Below are positions 60,301-64,000 of a stretch of DNA of 64,000 nucleotides, in pieces. The stretch spans positions 2,527,943 to 2,591,942 of the forward strand of contig CM082595.2 of the NCBI GenBank assembly GCA_040954595.2. The letters are read 5' to 3'. The first letter of the stretch is position 1. Each line of letters begins with the position of its first letter. The notes under the pieces are model-generated. The model did no database searches, was not told where the DNA came from, and worked only from the letters and a program-made list of their open reading frames with translations. The translations under genes were made by a program, and so were the position numbers. Origin of the DNA: Balanoglossus misakiensis. Taxonomy: Eukaryota > Animalia > Hemichordata.

Positions 60301-63300
60301 CTTTCAGAATTGTTTACAACAATGTTCATTTAATTAATACTCTCCCTGCTTTTGCCCTCATTTTTTGATTTTTTTGATTTACAAATTAATTCAATATAAT
60401 GATAAGATGGACTCTAAACTCTACTTGAAAATGTTGTCTTTTGATATTTATCATTTGATAAAAATTATACACTTAACAATTTTCCAGCTTGAAATTGATG
60501 ACAAACTGATGGAAGTTGAGCTGAAACTCTGAGCGGTGAAACTGACTTCAGAGCCACTTTTTTTGGACCAGAAGGATTGCTTTGACCGAAACTACCTGAA
60601 AATGGCCCCCCTCACGCTACTGACTGAGAACACAGCTTGGTCTGTGCTGGTGGTCAACACCAGTTAAACCACTCAACAAAGCTTGTCATCCATGCATTCC
60701 TAGTTGCTGATTTACACAACACCGCGTTTATCGATCTTCACAAAAGAGTACGGACACTAAAAGAGTCAGTGGTCAAACCGCAGCCAAAGTCGCAAGATTC
60801 AGATATCCTGACGTATAGGGTCATCTCGCGTGACCCCGTCAAGTAAATTAACCAAAATAAATTCAACAACGTTAATGTGCTTCTGAAGAAAAGTTTTCCC
60901 AACCCCACAAGTCTCTGCTTGCATCAGTGACCTTCAATTGACCAGAACACATACTTTCATCCTTCCGTAATATTTTTTTCTTCCAAGCCCTCATGAATCA
61001 CTTCACAACAATTCTGACAGGCAACTTACTTCTCCAGACAACTTTCTCTGATCTGTGTCACCATGGCAGCAAACCAATTATTCCACTACCTATCAGCTTA
61101 GACACGCATTACCATGGCAACAAACCAATTATGCTATTTCCTGTTGGTCACCCAATCTGGGGAAGTGGTCAACCCTAAGCCATCTCTCTGCTGACTTCAG
61201 AACACCAAAGCTATTTTCTGTTTTGGCTGTGCCACTAACCAAAAAGATCTTATCTGCTTCTCTGCAAAGGCTATGAGAATATCAATAATTCCATCATTCA
61301 ATTTCTCATGTTTATCACATGTAAGTTCCAAAATGCAAACAACGTGCGTGTCCTCGAACCCACGTTCAAGTACACGGCCCTTTTACTCACACTGACCCCT
61401 AACCTAACCCGACATCGGTACATACAAAACAACACAACATCACTCAGGCCATATTTCATCAGAGACCAGTAGCACAACGAACCAGAACTGTTGAATCGAT
61501 CGTGTACGACAGAAAACATCAATCTGGACATTACTAACTGCTCCTCTCTGCCGTAAACCCGAAGCCACTTACCATGCCACTCAATCCAGCTGACCTAGCT
61601 GTAGGTCCCGTGCTAAGGAGAAACTGTTTCACTGCGTCGGAATGCGAAAGCAGCACACTCGTCACTATACGCTCTCAATTATAACACGCTGATACGGGGC
61701 AGTTAAAATGCTATGCAGAGGTCACAGGTCATGCCACTGTGTCAGGCAGTGGGAAGTCCAAGTATATATATAAACAAGGACGAGTCAGTAACAACGCTTG
61801 GAGGCGCTATACAGACTCTACGTGGCTTGCGTCTTAGTACGCGAATTTCATACAACCCTGATGTTGCTGAAACTACTCACTTGTAACTCAATGTATAACA
61901 GAAGTAGGCCGTGTAAAAAAGATGTTTTCTGGCGCAAACAAATTATGTTTGCTAAACATTATAACATATTTAATACACAGCGAACTTTACGATCAAGAAA
62001 ATTCCTTTACCTTTGGCAGTTCTTCCACAAGCTCGAAAAATGTTGGCCTTTTTCCCGGGTCGTGTTCCCAACAGCGCAACATGATGTCATAATACTGAGT
62101 AGGTGCACAGTCCGGCTTCTCAAGACGTTGGAAATTTGGCGAGTCTATTGCTTGTAAGATCTGTTAAATTAAAAGGAGGAATTTCAATATTATCAAGAAG
62201 TACATATTTGGATCAAATCGCATGATCAATAATGAGATGTAGGTGATGGTCACAACATCATGACAGTAAACTTTAGATGCATACAGAAGCGAAAACAGAA
62301 AAAACTGAAAGTCTTGATCTTGGTGTTCGTTTGACAAGTTATATATTCTGGCACAAGCACACACAACAGAGAAAAATCTAAGATGGTGGCCATTATACCT
62401 GGCTTCCAGTGAGTGCTGCCCATGGTTGAAATCCATACGTGAATATTTCCCAAGAAGTCACACCAAAACCCCATATATCACTGGAAGATGTGAATTTCAA
62501 GTAATTTATACATTCTGGAGCACACCTAAAAAACAGAAAGAAAGAAGAGTATATGTTAAGTTTTATACATGTATGCAGTTTAGTAGCCCAAATGGAAGTG
62601 ATTCCATTGGTGGTAAAAAGTTTTTAACAGATGGGACGTAACCAGGAACAATCCTAACTAGTTCATATGTTGGTTTTTTTACCAAAGTATTCTCAGGAAA
62701 CTTACCATGCGAGGGGCAGTTTAAGATTGACATTGAAATTAGTTTGGTAATAATCCTTTCCGACACCCAATGCTCTTGATAAACCAAAGTCACTAATTTT
62801 CACCTGTTGTAAAAGACGAAAATAAAATTATTTAACAATGATGCTGAGTTCGTATGGGTTGAGTTTTCAGTCCCTGGAAACCCTAACGGCTTCTAAACTG
62901 CTGATCAAACCTCCAGATAATAAAGTTCATGGACATAAACATTTAACAAATCCCGACTGTTGTACTAAAAGAAAGAAGTTATTTGACAACGTTAGGGGCG
63001 CTGTAATGAAATAAATAGCTTGACACAAACTAACGACAAACTGAAATCAAAGAATCACATATTTGAGTGACACAATACGATTGTTGAATAGAAAAATAGA
63101 AAGTAATAAACATAATGTAACAATGTTTTTGAAGACTTGAGTAAGGCATGAATCATTTTTATTACTTACCATATCTCTTGAAAAGACGAGTATATTCCTT
63201 GTTGCCAGGTCTCTATGGATGACGTTTTTACTGTGTAAATATTTCATTCCGCGGGCGATCTGCGTACAGAAGTCGCACAGCTGAATAACCGGGAAGTAGG

Positions 63301-63595
63301 ACCTCAGACTGGGTTCCTTCAAACACTCGGACAATGACCGCAGTGGAGCTAGTTCTGTAACCTGTGGAAGACAAGCATAACTATTAGTTTAACCCTTTTT
63401 CTCTCTGTCTCTCTCCCCTTCTCTCTCTATCTCTCTTTCTCTCTCTCTTTCTCTGTCTCTCTCTCTCTGTCTCTCTCTCTCTATCTATCTATCTATCTCT
63501 CTCTCTATCTCTCTTTCTTTCTTTCTCTCTCTCTCTATCTATCTATCTCTCTCTCTTTCTTTCTCTCTCTCTCTATCTATCTTTCTATCTATCTA

Positions 63596-63645
<50 letters not shown>

Positions 63646-63649
63646 TCTT

Positions 63650-63690
<41 letters not shown>

Positions 63691-63908
63691 CTATCTCTCT
63701 TTCTCTGTCTCACACACACACACATGTTAAGAAGCTTTCAGCTAAAGCCGCTCACCAACATAAGAGAGTTCTCCACGTCAAGCACCACTCCATACAGACG
63801 GACAAGGTGTTCATGGTCCAAGGAATGCATAATTGTTGCCTCTTTGAGGAAATCCGCTTGGCCAGCCAAGAGTTTATCTTTACTAAGGCACTTGATTGCG
63901 ACTTGGAT
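42308..63908 (-). CDS. Ack-like: Ack-family non-receptor tyrosine kinase of the Ack-like/PR2 type (kinase-SH3-CRIB-disordered tail-UBA); 5' part outside the window
   Basis: Exons (minus): 63908-63756 ([29 protein letters not shown]), 63361-63170 ([21 protein letters not shown]), 62803-62706 ([33 protein letters not shown]), 62525-62399 ([40 protein letters not shown]), 62160-62011, 56138-56038 + 54916-54686 (SH3: [24 protein letters not shown]), 52615-52496 (CRIB: [15 protein letters not shown]), 52084-51592, [50186-50172], 49066-47189, 43866-43248, 42929-42706, 42514-42308 (UBA-like, ends QSEL*). The activation loop resembles Drosophila PR2/Ack-like rather than vertebrate TNK2. Confidence 0.93.
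50172..50186 (-). CDS. Candidate 15-nt microexon (ESLNL) of the Ack-like kinase
   Basis: Long pyrimidine tract ...GTGTTGCCTCCGATAACAG|GAGTCGTTGAACTTG|GTAGGT. Phase 0/0, matching both neighbouring exons. Confidence 0.65.
63396..63724. repeat. Long degenerate (CT)n/(CTAT)n/(CA)n microsatellite filling a kinase-domain intron
   Basis: Directly visible. Confidence 0.97.
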
Positions 63909-64000
63909 CTGGAGTGGAAAATAAACAACACACAATTGCTATGAGGTTCTGGAGTGTTTTATAGTTACTCAATAATACTGTGAGAAGGTTTCAACTGGTA

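Noticed and set aside
62706-62803. Calling the kinase TNK2/ACK1
   Set aside because: The activation loop [20 protein letters not shown] matches the PR2/Ack-like subfamily as I recall it, not the ACK1-type DHYVM..RKVPFAW loop.

Overview
AT-rich, intron-rich eukaryotic genomic DNA. Gene content and repeat style suggest a marine invertebrate, probably a non-vertebrate deuterostome (inference only). I reconstructed six protein-coding genes by hand from splice signals and translations. On the minus strand are two tandem M13 (neprilysin/endothelin-converting-enzyme-like) zinc peptidases: one complete with 17 coding exons, one with only its first coding exon in the window. Next is a head-to-head pair of myeloid leukemia factor (MLF) paralogues whose ATGs are about 610 bp apart. 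A DISP3/PTCHD2 orthologue (+) carries an extra symmetric follistatin/Kazal exon. An Ack-like/PR2 non-receptor tyrosine kinase (-) has its 5' end outside the window and shows candidate internal first exons, a 15-nt microexon and a 1.9-kb disordered exon. Between DISP3 and the kinase lies a roughly 3-kb block of long hairpins, satellites and orphan splice sites. MITEs, an L2/CR1 LINE 3' end and microsatellites are scattered through the introns. I saw no prokaryotic features, CRISPR arrays, tRNAs or rRNAs. Exon boundaries were read manually and may be off by a few nt.
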